This document shows positions 28,272-40,176 of a stretch of DNA of 43,041 bases, in pieces (the stretch's first letter is position 1; the number at the start of each line of letters is the position of its first letter). The DNA comes from Cyclobacteriaceae bacterium. GTDB lineage: Bacteria; Bacteroidota; Bacteroidia; Cytophagales; Cyclobacteriaceae. The stretch spans positions 1 to 43,041 of the forward strand of contig JABXHZ010000169.1 in assembly GCA_013373335.1 (NCBI GenBank), in the 5' to 3' direction. A program made the translations under genes and the position numbers. The notes under the pieces were generated by a model. The model was not told where the DNA came from and did not search any database. It worked only from the letters and a program-made list of their open reading frames with translations.

Positions 28272-30575
28272 TTAAAAGTCGTTCTTTTTGGCATCGTAAT
28301 CAAAATCAACGAATCGCTGACTTTCTTGCTCGTAGACGTCGCAGTCAATTTCAATACTCAAAGGTCGCTCCGGTCTGGGGAATGGTCCTTTGGTGTATCC
28401 CAGATCTTTATCTGCATAGACCTTTTCCATGTATTTGACCCAGATAGGCCTGGCAGTTCGGCTACCTTGGCCCGCAATCCAGCTTCGGAAGTGTATGGCT
28501 CTGTCATCACCTCCAACCCATGTGCCAGATACTAGATCTTTACTGATACCCATATACCATCCATCGGATGCATTTTGAGTGGTACCGGTTTTACCTCCAA
28601 GCTCATTGCCCTCTCGAAGACTCCAAGGCACACCTTGGCTGGTGCCTGATTCTTCTTCGAATCCACCACGAAGCATATAAGTCATGAGATAGGCATGTTC
28701 CTCACTCATAGCAGGTCGCTTTTTCGGAGTAAACTGCTGAATTACATTTCCGTTTTTGTCTTCGATCCGATCAATGTAGAATGGGGTAGTGTATTCCCCT
28801 TTGTTGACAAAAGTCCCAAAGGCACCTACCATTTCAAAAATAGAAACATCATTTACTCCCAAAGCTAAGGCCGGTACCTCTTCCAAATCACTGGTTACAC
28901 CTATCCGCTTGGCAGTTTCTACCACCACTTTAGGACTCAATTTTTTCATCATGTAAGCCGTGATGGAATTGACTGATTGAGCCATCGCCTTACGGATCGT
29001 CATCTTTTCATAAGTGAACTCCCCATTGGCATTGGAAGGACTCCATGCAGGCTGTCCTGGAATGAAAACTTCCACTGGTTGGTCGATCACCGAATAGCAA
29101 GGACTATATCCATTCTCGATTGCCGCAGCATAAACAAAAGGCTTAAAAGTGGAACCCGGTTGACGTTTTCCTTGCTTAACATGGTCAAACTTGAAATACT
29201 TATGGTCAATTCCTCCGACCCAGGCCTTGATATGACCGGTATGAGGATCCATACTCATGAAGCCCGCCTGCAAAAACTTCTTATAATAGCGTAAAGAATC
29301 CATTGTGCTCATCAGCGTGTCAATCTCTCCTTCCCAGGAAAAGACCTTCATTCGCTTTTTTTCATTTAGCTTAATATTGATAGAGTCTTCATTGTCTTTG
29401 TATCGGAGTTTTAATAATCGATAGGCCTCCGTACGTTTGACTGCATTTTCGATGAAATTAGGGATTACACGGTTTTCACTATCTACCCAAGGGTCCCTGC
29501 CATTCATTTCCTTATAAAAAACCTTTTGCAATTCACTCATATGCTCTTCAACCGCTTCCTCAGCGTAGCGTTGCATTCGGCTATCAATAGTCGTGAAGAT
29601 TCTTAAACCATCTCCAAATAGGTCATAGGAACTTCCATCAGGTTTTAAGTTTTCCTTGGTCCATTTTAATAGGTCTGCCTTTAAGATTTCCCTGAAATAA
29701 GTAGCTAATCCCTTATTATGGTTGGCAACATTATAATCCAACTCAATGGGAAGTTGAGAAATAGAGTCATATTCCGTTTCGGAAAGGACATCGTTTTTGA
29801 CCATTTGGGATAAAACAGTATTCCTTCTTCTTAGGGAATTATCCGGATTATAAACTGGGGAATAATAGGTTGGAGCTTTAAATAGACCTACTAAAACGGC
29901 CGACTCCTGAACGTTCAGCTCGGAAGGTTCTTTGTTAAAGAAGGTTTCGGCTGCTGTTTTAATGCCATAGGCATTTGAGCCAAATTCGGAAGTATTCAAA
30001 TAAAGGGTAAGGATTTCTTTTTTTGTATATGCCTTCTCCAATTGTGTAGCTACAATCCATTCCTTGGTCTTGATAATAAGCATGCGAAGTCCTGGGACTG
30101 AACTCAAAAGCCCTTGATTTGCATCGGTTCTAGTTTTGAAAAGGTTTTTCGCAGTTTGCTGACTGAGAGTAGACCCACCGCCTGCATCTTGACCCAATAA
30201 GATGGATTTGACAAAAACCCGCATCATTGCTTTGAGGTCAATACCTGAATGATCTTCAAATCGAACATCTTCCGTAGCAATCAAGGCATTGACCAGATTG
30301 GGGGACAGTTCATCAAAGGTGACAGGGCTTCGGTTTTCCCGATAGTAGGTTCCCAGCAAAACACCATCCGCTGAGTACAGCTCAGAAGCGACTTCTGTAT
30401 CCGGGTTCTCCAAAGCTTTGAAATCTGGAAGTGGACCAAATAGCCCCAAGAAGTTCACACTTACCATCCACACGAAAACTATGAATCCCAATACGCCGGC
30501 GGCGAAGGCAATCCATAGGATTTTTATGGTTTTATTGACCCAAGTTGGGCTAGTTGGTTTTTTTGATTTACTCAT
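28272..30575 (-). CDS. Class A penicillin-binding protein (PBP1A, transglycosylase/transpeptidase)
   Basis: ATEDVRFEDHSGID, GGSTLSQQTAKN, QPGSTFKPF (SxxK), SVN and KTGTT motifs. Start at 30575 is preferred over 30590. Confidence 0.95.
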   Translation of the reverse strand: MSKSKKPTSPTWVNKTIKILWIAFAAGVLGFIVFVWMVSVNFLGLFGPLPDFKALENPDTEVASELYSADGVLLGTYYRENRSPVTFDELSPNLVNALIATEDVRFEDHSGIDLKAMMRVFVKSILLGQDAGGGSTLSQQTAKNLFKTRTDANQGLLSSVPGLRMLIIKTKEWIVATQLEKAYTKKEILTLYLNTSEFGSNAYGIKTAAETFFNKEPSELNVQESAVLVGLFKAPTYYSPVYNPDNSLRRRNTVLSQMVKNDVLSETEYDSISQLPIELDYNVANHNKGLATYFREILKADLLKWTKENLKPDGSSYDLFGDGLRIFTTIDSRMQRYAEEAVEEHMSELQKVFYKEMNGRDPWVDSENRVIPNFIENAVKRTEAYRLLKLRYKDNEDSINIKLNEKKRMKVFSWEGEIDTLMSTMDSLRYYKKFLQAGFMSMDPHTGHIKAWVGGIDHKYFKFDHVKQGKRQPGSTFKPFVYAAAIENGYSPCYSVIDQPVEVFIPGQPAWSPSNANGEFTYEKMTIRKAMAQSVNSITAYMMKKLSPKVVVETAKRIGVTSDLEEVPALALGVNDVSIFEMVGAFGTFVNKGEYTTPFYIDRIEDKNGNVIQQFTPKKRPAMSEEHAYLMTYMLRGGFEEESGTSQGVPWSLREGNELGGKTGTTQNASDGWYMGISKDLVSGTWVGGDDRAIHFRSWIAGQGSRTARPIWVKYMEKVYADKDLGYTKGPFPRPERPLSIEIDCDVYEQESQRFVDFDYDAKKNDF

Positions 30576-30579
30576 AGTA

Positions 30580-33195
30580 TTAATAGGCAACCTTAAAGAA
30601 GGCTCGATACTCTTCGATGTTTTTTGTTCGGTTCAAAGTCTGGAAGTTCTCGATAGAAATGAAAAACGCGTTTTCTTTGATTTTTTCAGTGATATTCGAT
30701 GACTCGAAATCCTCCATGAATTTCAGATAATATTCCTTTGCCTTCTCCGCATTGTTGAATGGGCTGATGATGAAAATGGCATTTTCTCGGTTCATATTCA
30801 TATTTCCAGTACGGAGTCGGGCATTGGAGAAGTTTTTTGCATGGAAATTTTCCAAGTCAGCGATGACCCCTTGGAATTCTTCAGCCTCCTCCGGGTTCAT
30901 TACCAAAACCATGATATGAGTTTGATTTTCATTTAACTTAAATGGTGAATCAATCAGGTTTGGATTCGTAGCAGCAGAGTCCGCTTCAGCAAGCACTTGA
31001 TTGGTTGAGTCTAGAGCTGCTGAGTCAACTGGATTCAAAGCTGCCAACTCTTCTGCCGACAGCAAGGGTTTTAGCATATTCCTTGCCAATTCCACCAACT
31101 GTTCATCTTGAGAGTTTTCAATGTATGCTTCCAATCTGCCCCTAAACCTCTCCTTGCTCTCGATTTTACCTGTCACCATGATGTCGAGTAGCAAAAGGCG
31201 TTCAGTATTCCGGGTTAATGGATATTCTTCTAAAGTACGTTGAATCAATTGTCTAGCCTGTCGGTATTGACCGGCATAATACATGTCATAGGCTTGCTCG
31301 TAATTTTTTGAGGATGCTAAATAAGCTAAATTTCCTGATGCAGCATCCGGGTTATTTACAGAGAAAGTGTATTGAGATTCCGGAAATTCCCGGTTGAGAC
31401 GGCTGATATATTGTTGGAAGTTTCCTCCTCGATCTTTTTGAGCAAGATACAAGAGATAATATGCCTCGGGTTTTCGATTACTGGTTGGGTATTCCCGAAC
31501 CAATACTTCCAAATTGTCAATGCTTGCTTCCACTTCCTCTAAGTCGAAATAAAGGAGTTTACCCAGTTCGAAATAGGACTCTTCCAGCTCCTCATTCAAG
31601 GTGGCTATCTCTTCTTCGCTTTGAGGAATTTGAGCCAATAGACTCTCAATATCTGGTAATTGACTCAAGGGATTTTCTTCATTTGTACTCAAGGAATCAG
31701 TTTGAGATTCGGGGCTGGTAGGAGAGTTGCTTTGGAAAATGGCTGCGCTTCTTCGCCAATTATCCTGTAGCGGTCGATTTCCCCAAACTCTTCGAAAATC
31801 AATAGCTCCTTGCTGCATGGCAACGGCATTATCAAAGTAGAAGGTCGAACCTGTACCTCGATCAGAGAAGGCAAGCAGGTTATCGAAAATGCTGGAACTT
31901 TTGGGCTGCTCCTTTTCCCGGGCCTCGGCCAGTAATCGTTCTTCTTCTTTTTTGATGAATTGTTCGGCAATTAATCTTTGCTCTTCCTCACTGAGTCCGC
32001 TCAATCGTACCAAGCTGTCATTGCTTTGGATTCTTTCTACATGAAATACATATTGGTCCAAAACCTCTTTTTGGTCAGCAATTTGAGCAGCGACCGGATC
32101 GGTGGCCTTAATAAAGGTAAGAGCAGAGTCCAAGTAGTATTTTGTTGCCCGGTAATCACTATACTCTTCCAGGTAAATATCCGCCAGCTTCTGATAGATA
32201 TAGCCCTTCAATCTCGGATTGCTTCCTGGTTCTTTCGCTGCCTGATGAAGTAAATCCACAGTTAAAGGCAAATCTCCTTGCTTTTCCTCAAATAGTGCTC
32301 TTTCGTACACCACTACATCTTTCAGGTCCTTGTTTTTGGGGTCTTTGTAAAGAGCTTCGTAGTAGTTCCTAACCTTCCGCAAGTCTTTTGTGGCATTAAG
32401 TTCGGCTACTTGCTGGGCAAAAAGTTGTGCAAAAAAAGCCCGTTCGTAGGGAGGATTTCCTTCCAAAGTCTTTTTGTAAAAATCATAGGCTAAATTATCC
32501 AAACCTTCCCGCTGATAGCGCTGTGCGAGGATAAAATAAATTCGGGAGGCTTCTTTTTTATTTTTGGAATATTCGACTGCTCTGTCCAAAGCACCGATGA
32601 CTCCGTTTCGATCGTTTCGCTTCTCATAGTAATAAGCCAAGGTTCGATAGAGCTCGAATCGGTTTTCGTCAGAAATCTTTTGTTCTTTGGAAAGGTAATC
32701 GATGGTGAAGTTGGCATTTTCAATTTCTCCCAAATCCACATACATTCTTAGCAATCCGATGAGCGCCTGATGGCGAAGGTCTCGATCCTTGCTTTCTACA
32801 TTGACATACTTCAGGGTATTCTTGGCATCGTCAAAGTCGGCTTGTAGGTAGTCGATTTTTCCCAATAGGAAATAACTATCATCTACCCATTTTGAAATTC
32901 GATGCCATTCTATGGCTTTCGATGCAAGCTCTCTAGCTGATTCCAATTTCTCTTTGTTCCCTTGAATGATGCCGGAATCTATAGGGATAAATACCGGAAG
33001 AATCTGGGTGTAATCTTCTTTGTAGTCTTGACTGTTTTCATCCAAAACCTCCTCAATTTTCACATCAGCTAAGTAATAGGCATTGTAGTGAGAAGTGAGA
33101 TTATGGAAAGCCCGATTCGTAAAGGTGTCCCGCTCTGATGAGCAGGCCGCCAAGAGTAGGAGGAAAAGAAAAAGAACTCTATTTAAAAAACGCAT
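30580..33195 (-). CDS. sprE: TPR lipoprotein, SprE/PorW family (T9SS/gliding)
   Basis: Lipobox LAAC; FHNLTSHYN, SKWVDDSYFLLGK, YLDSAL and FYFDN...F...WGNRPLQDNWRRS motifs typical of SprE/PorW. Confidence 0.82.
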   Translation of the reverse strand: MRFLNRVLFLFLLLLAACSSERDTFTNRAFHNLTSHYNAYYLADVKIEEVLDENSQDYKEDYTQILPVFIPIDSGIIQGNKEKLESARELASKAIEWHRISKWVDDSYFLLGKIDYLQADFDDAKNTLKYVNVESKDRDLRHQALIGLLRMYVDLGEIENANFTIDYLSKEQKISDENRFELYRTLAYYYEKRNDRNGVIGALDRAVEYSKNKKEASRIYFILAQRYQREGLDNLAYDFYKKTLEGNPPYERAFFAQLFAQQVAELNATKDLRKVRNYYEALYKDPKNKDLKDVVVYERALFEEKQGDLPLTVDLLHQAAKEPGSNPRLKGYIYQKLADIYLEEYSDYRATKYYLDSALTFIKATDPVAAQIADQKEVLDQYVFHVERIQSNDSLVRLSGLSEEEQRLIAEQFIKKEEERLLAEAREKEQPKSSSIFDNLLAFSDRGTGSTFYFDNAVAMQQGAIDFRRVWGNRPLQDNWRRSAAIFQSNSPTSPESQTDSLSTNEENPLSQLPDIESLLAQIPQSEEEIATLNEELEESYFELGKLLYFDLEEVEASIDNLEVLVREYPTSNRKPEAYYLLYLAQKDRGGNFQQYISRLNREFPESQYTFSVNNPDAASGNLAYLASSKNYEQAYDMYYAGQYRQARQLIQRTLEEYPLTRNTERLLLLDIMVTGKIESKERFRGRLEAYIENSQDEQLVELARNMLKPLLSAEELAALNPVDSAALDSTNQVLAEADSAATNPNLIDSPFKLNENQTHIMVLVMNPEEAEEFQGVIADLENFHAKNFSNARLRTGNMNMNRENAIFIISPFNNAEKAKEYYLKFMEDFESSNITEKIKENAFFISIENFQTLNRTKNIEEYRAFFKVAY

Positions 33196-33324
33196 GCAGA
33201 CTTTTAGAAATGATTAGCAAAATAGTCTTTATTGGATAAAAGAGGAACGATTCGGAAATTCTATTTATTTCAAAACAAGGGCCACACCTTCCTGAAGGGA
33301 AAAATTTTTACCTAATTTAAGAGA

Positions 33325-33570
33325 ATGAATCCTTCCCAAAAGTCTTCTGATCCAAAAGAAAAGAAGCCGATACAAAATCCTCCGACTTTCGTGAAGTACA
33401 TCGGTCTCTCCTTTCAGCTTTTCGCCATAATCGGAGCGGGTACTTGGTTTGGATGGTGGGTTCAGCAGCAATCCGAGATGAAGTTTCCTGTTTGGCTGCT
33501 TCTTTTCAGCTTTATTTCCGTTTTCGTGGCCTTTTATCAATTGTGGCTATCCATGAAACAGGACCGATAG
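33325..33570 (+). CDS. AtpZ/AtpI-family small membrane protein
   Basis: KYIGLSFQLFAII...GWWV with two TM helices; heads the atp operon. Confidence 0.82.
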   Translation: MNPSQKSSDPKEKKPIQNPPTFVKYIGLSFQLFAIIGAGTWFGWWVQQQSEMKFPVWLLLFSFISVFVAFYQLWLSMKQDR

Positions 33571-33586
33571 TTTGGTAGAAATGGGC

Positions 33587-33594
33587 TAACTTTG
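33587..33594 (+). promoter_or_regulatory. Bacteroidota -7 element (TAACTTTG) upstream of the atp operon membrane gene
   Basis: Exact TAnnTTTG followed by CG, 17 nt before ATG 33611. Confidence 0.6.
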
Positions 33595-33610
33595 CGGAAA
33601 ATCCCACTCC

Positions 33611-33994
33611 ATGAAGATTCTCAACAATTTACAGTTCAAATTCTTCCTGCTATCTGTTATCCTCGCACTTTTGATTTTAGGGCTTCAGGTAGTTTTCCCT
33701 GCGATTATACACGAACGGGTCTGGGACATCTATTTTTTCCTTTTAATCCTCTCATTTTTAATAGGATTACTCAATGGTTTTTTGCTGAAGGCATTTTCTG
33801 AAAATTTCTTCCAAATTTCAGTTTTGGCTATGATAGTAAGGTTGATTGCCTCTTTGGTCTTCGTTGGAGTGGAAGTTTGGCCTGGAATGGAAAATATTAT
33901 TTTGTTTATCGCAGATTTCTTTGTGATTTTTTTGTTCTACTTAATATTTGATATCTACGCCTTTCTATCTAACTTGCGCCCGATTTCGAAGTAG
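33611..33994 (+). CDS. Four-TM ATP synthase protein I-like membrane protein
   Basis: Four hydrophobic helices; immediately upstream of atpB. Confidence 0.7.
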   Translation: MKILNNLQFKFFLLSVILALLILGLQVVFPAIIHERVWDIYFFLLILSFLIGLLNGFLLKAFSENFFQISVLAMIVRLIASLVFVGVEVWPGMENIILFIADFFVIFLFYLIFDIYAFLSNLRPISK

Positions 33995-34013
33995 CCCTCT
34001 AAAAGAGAAGTTG

Positions 34014-35338
<1,325 letters not shown>

Positions 35339-35349
35339 AAAATCTGATC

Positions 35350-35387
35350 GGGGATGGGCGTTAGGCCTTTCCCCTTTCTTTCTTTCT
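35350..35387 (+). terminator. Imperfect hairpin + U-rich tract after atpE (leaky terminator or stabiliser)
   Basis: GGGGATGGGC-GTTAG-GCCTTTCCCC followed by TTTCTTTCTTTCT. Confidence 0.55.
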
Positions 35388-35416
35388 ATTGAACAAACTG
35401 AATTAAATCATACATC

Positions 35417-35911
35417 ATGGATTTGATAACTCCTGGTTCCGGTCTTATTTTCTGGCAGCTTTTCGGCTTCCTAGGATTGCTTTTCATTCTTATCAAATTT
35501 GCTTGGAAGCCGATGTTGGCGGCCTTGGAAGAGCGTGAAAACAGCATTGAAAATGCATTGAAGTCAGCGGAAATCGCCCGAAATGAAATGGCTAACCTAA
35601 AGGCTGAGAACGAAAAGCTTTTGGCTGAGGCTCGTTTGGAAAGAGATAACATCCTGAAGAAAGCGCAAGAAGCTTCTAACAAGATGATCGAAGAGGCGAG
35701 AGACGAAGCACAGAAACAAGGTGCACAGTTGATCGAAAATGCCAAAGCGGTAATCGAGACTGAAAAGAAGGCTGCCTTGACTGATGTGAAAAATCAGGTA
35801 GCTGCCTTGACCCTTGAAGTAACAGAGAAATTATTGAAGAAAAACTTGGCTGATGATGCTTCTCAGAAAGCATTGGTAGACGAGTTTGTGAAAGATTTGA
35901 AGCTAAACTAA
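35417..35911 (+). CDS. atpF: F0F1 ATP synthase subunit b
   Basis: PGSGLIFWQ...KFAWKPMLAALEERE followed by a coiled coil. Confidence 0.96.
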   Translation: MDLITPGSGLIFWQLFGFLGLLFILIKFAWKPMLAALEERENSIENALKSAEIARNEMANLKAENEKLLAEARLERDNILKKAQEASNKMIEEARDEAQKQGAQLIENAKAVIETEKKAALTDVKNQVAALTLEVTEKLLKKNLADDASQKALVDEFVKDLKLN

Positions 35912-35921
35912 TCCGACCTCC

Positions 35922-36482
35922 ATGTCAAACCATCGAGTAGCCTCCCGCTATGCCAAGTCCATTTTGGAACTGGCCCTTGAAAAGGGTAGTCTGGAGGAAG
36001 TACATGCAGATTTTCAGAAACTTTCAGCTATCGAGAAGACCAATAAAGAGTTGGGTTTTTTGCTGAAGAACCCTGTGGTTACTTCTGACAAAAAGTTGAA
36101 AGTATTGAAGGCTTTGTTTGCTGATAGCGCTCAAAAAATGACAATGACCTTTTTTGAGATTATTTCCCGAAAAAACAGGGAGGCAATTCTTCTGGACGTA
36201 GCCCAGGAGTTCGAAAATCAGTACAACAAGTATAAGTCTATCCAAGTCGCTCAATTGACAACCACTTTCCCTATCGATGCGAAACTTCGTGAGGAATTTG
36301 TAAAAATTGTCAAGGAGATTTCCGGCTTAAAGACCGTAATTCTGGAAGAGAAAATCAATCCGAATCTAATCGGAGGATTTATATTGAAGGTCAATGACCG
36401 GCAGCTTGATGAATCATTGAGCAGCAAATTGAGAATTCTGAAAACTGAATTCTTGCAAAATCATTACGAAAGTAAAATCTAA
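35922..36482 (+). CDS. atpH: F1 ATP synthase subunit delta
   Basis: VASRYAKSIL and LIGGFILKVNDRQLDES motifs. Confidence 0.96.
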   Translation: MSNHRVASRYAKSILELALEKGSLEEVHADFQKLSAIEKTNKELGFLLKNPVVTSDKKLKVLKALFADSAQKMTMTFFEIISRKNREAILLDVAQEFENQYNKYKSIQVAQLTTTFPIDAKLREEFVKIVKEISGLKTVILEEKINPNLIGGFILKVNDRQLDESLSSKLRILKTEFLQNHYESKI

Positions 36483-36509
36483 TCTACAAAGCATTAATCA
36501 ATCGATATC

Positions 36510-38087
36510 ATGGCAGAAGTAAGACCAGATGAAGTTTCGGCAATCCTAAGAGAACAACTTGCAGGTGCCAGAACAGAGGCCGAACTCGAAGAAGTGGGTA
36601 CAGTCCTTCAAGTAGGGGACGGTGTAGCCCGTATCTATGGACTTTCTAAGGCTCAGGCCGGTGAATTGCTGGAATTCGACAATGGTCTGAAAGCAATGGT
36701 TCTGAACTTGGAAGAGGACAATGTCGGTGCGGTATTGTTTGGTGATTCCAAAGCAATCAAAGAAGGCGATACTGTAAAGCGTACCAAGAAAATTGCTTCC
36801 ATCCAAGTTGGTGAAGGTATGTTGGGACGTGTGGTGGATACTTTGGGTAACCCAATCGACGGTAAAGGTCCTATAACAGGTGATTTGTACGAAATGCCTT
36901 TGGAGCGTAAAGCACCTGGGGTAATCTATCGTCAGCCTGTAACCGAACCGCTTCAGACTGGTATCAAGTCTATCGATGCCATGATTCCAATCGGTAGAGG
37001 ACAGCGGGAATTGGTAATCGGTGACCGTCAGACTGGTAAGACTGCCGTAGTAATCGATACCATCCTAAACCAAAAAGAATTTTATGACAAGGGCGAACCT
37101 GTATTCTGTATCTATGTAGCCGTAGGTCAGAAAGCTTCAACTGTTGCCGGTGTGGTAGCAGCTTTGGAAAAAGGTGGAGCTCTTCCTTATACAGTGGTTG
37201 TTTCTGCAGCTGCTTCTGATCCTGCTCCAATGCAGTTCTTTGCGCCATTTACCGGTGCAGCGATTGGAGAATTTTTCCGTGATACAGGGCGTCCTGCTTT
37301 GGTAGTATATGACGACTTGTCTAAGCAGGCTGTTGCTTACCGCGAAGTTTCTCTTCTTTTGAGAAGACCTCCGGGACGTGAAGCATATCCTGGTGACGTA
37401 TTCTATCTTCACTCAAGATTGCTAGAAAGAGCTGCGAAAATCAACAAGTCTGATGAGATCGCACAGCAAATGAACGACCTTCCTGAGTCTATCAAGCCTT
37501 TGGTGAAAGGTGGAGGTTCTTTGACCGCCCTTCCTATCATCGAAACACAGGCAGGTGACGTTTCTGCTTATATTCCGACTAACGTAATTTCCATTACTGA
37601 CGGTCAGATCTTCTTGGAGACCAACCTCTTCAACTCCGGTATCCGTCCTGCGATCAACGTGGGTATCTCTGTATCCCGAGTAGGTGGTAACGCGCAGATC
37701 AAATCCATGAAGAAAGTAGCCGGTACTTTGAAATTGGATCAGGCGCAATTCCGTGAATTGGAAGCCTTTGCCAAATTTGGTTCCGATCTAGATGCGACTA
37801 CAAAGCGTACTATCGAAAGAGGTCGTCGTAACCAAGAGATCTTGAAGCAATCGCAGTATGCACCTGTTTCTGTAGCTCATCAGGTAGCGATTATCTATGC
37901 TTCTACAAGAGGTTTAATGGATTCCGTTCCTGTGGAAAAGGCACGTGCATTCGAGAAAGAGTTCTACACCTTGTTGGATACTTCCTATCCTGAGGCGTTG
38001 GAATTGATCTTGAAAGGTGACATCGATGGTGCAGGTGAAGTATTGAAGAAAGCAGCTGCTGAATTGTCTCCTAAATTCGCAAACTAA
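36510..38087 (+). CDS. atpA: F1 ATP synthase subunit alpha
   Basis: [31 protein letters not shown] and [13 protein letters not shown] motifs. Confidence 0.99.
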   Translation: MAEVRPDEVSAILREQLAGARTEAELEEVGTVLQVGDGVARIYGLSKAQAGELLEFDNGLKAMVLNLEEDNVGAVLFGDSKAIKEGDTVKRTKKIASIQVGEGMLGRVVDTLGNPIDGKGPITGDLYEMPLERKAPGVIYRQPVTEPLQTGIKSIDAMIPIGRGQRELVIGDRQTGKTAVVIDTILNQKEFYDKGEPVFCIYVAVGQKASTVAGVVAALEKGGALPYTVVVSAAASDPAPMQFFAPFTGAAIGEFFRDTGRPALVVYDDLSKQAVAYREVSLLLRRPPGREAYPGDVFYLHSRLLERAAKINKSDEIAQQMNDLPESIKPLVKGGGSLTALPIIETQAGDVSAYIPTNVISITDGQIFLETNLFNSGIRPAINVGISVSRVGGNAQIKSMKKVAGTLKLDQAQFRELEAFAKFGSDLDATTKRTIERGRRNQEILKQSQYAPVSVAHQVAIIYASTRGLMDSVPVEKARAFEKEFYTLLDTSYPEALELILKGDIDGAGEVLKKAAAELSPKFAN

Positions 38088-38152
38088 TTATTGAATCTGA
38101 TCCGGAGGTTTAGGCCTCCGGCATTTATACCACGTAGTAGAAAAACGCACGA

Positions 38153-39028
38153 ATGGCTAACCTGAAGGAAGTAAAGCAGCGAATCAACTCGGTAGTTTCT
38201 ACCCAGCAGATCACCAAAGCGATGAAAATGGTGTCCGCTGCGAAACTGCGTAGAGCACAGGACCGCATTATTCAGATGCGTCCCTACTCCCAAAAGCTGA
38301 CCAATATCCTAAACAATGTTTCTGCGGCTTCTGAAGGAGCGGCGGATATTGTTTATGCCCAAAAACGCGAGGTGAATAAGGTGTTGCTAGTACCGGTTAC
38401 CTCTGATAAGGGTCTTTGTGGCGCATTTAATTCCAATATCATCAAGGCTACAAATGCTGCTATCCGTGAGCAGTTTGAAGGGAAAGACATCAGCATCCTT
38501 CCGATTGGAAAGAAAGCTTACGAAACATTCAAAAAACGTGAGTTTACTTTAATCGATCAGTTTTATGGAGTGTTCTCTGACCTATCCTTTGATGTGGTTC
38601 GGGAAGCTGCCGAATATGCTATGAAAGGTTTTGCAGCCGGAGAATACGATCAGGTGGTGTTGGTGTACAACGAATTTAAAAACGTAGCTACACAGATTGT
38701 TCGGGCAGAGCAGTTTTTGCCGATGGCAAAAGAAGAAACTAGCCAAGAAGAAAAAACGACGGAAACTGATTACATCTTGGAGCCTTCCCGTGCTTATATC
38801 ATTGAAGAATTAGTTCCTACTTCTTTGAAGATTCAGTTTTACAAGGCAGTCTTGGAAAGTAATGCATCTGAGCATGGTGCTCGAATGACCGCCATGGACA
38901 AGGCTACTGAAAATGCCGGCGAATTGCTGAAAGAATTACGATTGATGTATAACAGAACGCGTCAGGCGGCTATCACCAATGAGATTTTGGAGATTGTAGC
39001 CGGAGCGAATGCCCTCGAAGGAAGCTAA
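38153..39028 (+). CDS. atpG: F1 ATP synthase subunit gamma
   Basis: QITKAMKMVSAAKL, SDKGLCGAFN and RQAAITNEILEIVAGA motifs. Confidence 0.98.
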   Translation: MANLKEVKQRINSVVSTQQITKAMKMVSAAKLRRAQDRIIQMRPYSQKLTNILNNVSAASEGAADIVYAQKREVNKVLLVPVTSDKGLCGAFNSNIIKATNAAIREQFEGKDISILPIGKKAYETFKKREFTLIDQFYGVFSDLSFDVVREAAEYAMKGFAAGEYDQVVLVYNEFKNVATQIVRAEQFLPMAKEETSQEEKTTETDYILEPSRAYIIEELVPTSLKIQFYKAVLESNASEHGARMTAMDKATENAGELLKELRLMYNRTRQAAITNEILEIVAGANALEGS

Positions 39029-39048
39029 TTATCAATCAACCCATATTC

Positions 39049-39080
39049 AAAACCACAGCTCAAAAGGCTGTGGTTTTTTT
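39049..39080 (+). terminator. Intrinsic terminator ending the atp operon, potentially bidirectional
   Basis: AAAACCACAGC-TCAAAAG-GCTGTGGTTTT followed by a T-run. Confidence 0.9.
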
Positions 39081-39114
39081 GTTTTTACTTATATTCAACT
39101 TAAGTTTTTAATAT

Positions 39115-40176
39115 ATGATGTTCAATTTACCTGAGGATCAATTTCTCCCTATTCAATATTTATCAGCAACCTTTAAAAAGACCTCTGCTACTTACAAGTA
39201 TTATTGGTTCCTTTCTGTAATTCAATTGATTGAAGAGGAAGGAGATAAAATTGAAAAGAGGAGAATTTTTGCCAGGATGCTTGCAAATGCCTGGTTTACT
39301 GTGAATTATTTCAAGGTCTCTTTTGGAAAACAGGACAAGGTTCAAGAAGCAATTTCCTATTTTCAAAAAGAAAGAAAAATTCCCATTGACATAAACAAGA
39401 TGCAAGTTTGGGAAAGAATTCTCTCGTTGAATGATCCAAAATCACTTTCAATTCTTTCTCATTTTGATAATCAAGTTCCACATTGGTTTCTTTCACCTTG
39501 GTTTCCTAAGATGAATAAGCAACAGATTTATGCCAATTCTAGGGATCCAAAAAGAAAGAGTCCCTATTTTTTGCATTCTAATTATGTTGAAATAAATTCT
39601 GATTGGCTTACCTATTTTTTTAAGAACTCAGCAGTCTTAAAAGATTTTTGTTTTTGGAATTTGAGTTTGTTTTTGCAAAAGCATAATCCAAATGTCCCAG
39701 ATATTCCAAATAAGCTTATTAAACCAATAAGTAGGGCATCCCTTAATAGGCAAAAAAGGGATTTTTGGAATTATTATTTTGAAGAAGTTAAAGCACAAAA
39801 GTGTATTTATTCTGGGGAAAACCTTACCTCTAAAAACTATGTATTAGATCACTTTGTCCCTTACAATTTTGTTTCTCATGATTTGAATTGGAATCTAGTA
39901 CCAGCACATTCATCAATTAACGCATCAAAAAGTGATAAGCTACCTAAGCTAAATCAGTTTTTTGACTCGTTTTATGAAATACAAAGAAAAGCGCTTGAAA
40001 TCGTTGTAGAGAAAAACCCTCGTACAAAGTTGATCGAAGACTACTTATCAATTTTTCCATCATTTGACAGTTTAAAAAGTCCTAGGATATCAAAGGAGAG
40101 GTTCAAAGAAACGAAAGAGCCTTTAATTACCATTGCTCACAATAATGGTTTTGAATTCTATGAGCCAAAAAGTTAA
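39115..40176 (+). CDS. HNH endonuclease domain protein with an uncharacterised N-terminal helical domain
   Basis: C-terminal KCIYSG...LDHFVP...WNLVPAHSSINASKSDKLP HNH core; N-terminal SATYKYYWFLS motif; AT-rich. Confidence 0.85.
   Translation: MMFNLPEDQFLPIQYLSATFKKTSATYKYYWFLSVIQLIEEEGDKIEKRRIFARMLANAWFTVNYFKVSFGKQDKVQEAISYFQKERKIPIDINKMQVWERILSLNDPKSLSILSHFDNQVPHWFLSPWFPKMNKQQIYANSRDPKRKSPYFLHSNYVEINSDWLTYFFKNSAVLKDFCFWNLSLFLQKHNPNVPDIPNKLIKPISRASLNRQKRDFWNYYFEEVKAQKCIYSGENLTSKNYVLDHFVPYNFVSHDLNWNLVPAHSSINASKSDKLPKLNQFFDSFYEIQRKALEIVVEKNPRTKLIEDYLSIFPSFDSLKSPRISKERFKETKEPLITIAHNNGFEFYEPKS

Noticed and set aside
39790-39945. Cas9-like HNH motif (CIYSG...DH...N...KSD) suggesting Cas9/IscB
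   Set aside because: The protein is only 353 aa with no RuvC motifs or Arg-rich bridge helix, and there is no CRISPR array, cas1/cas2 or room for a guide RNA nearby.
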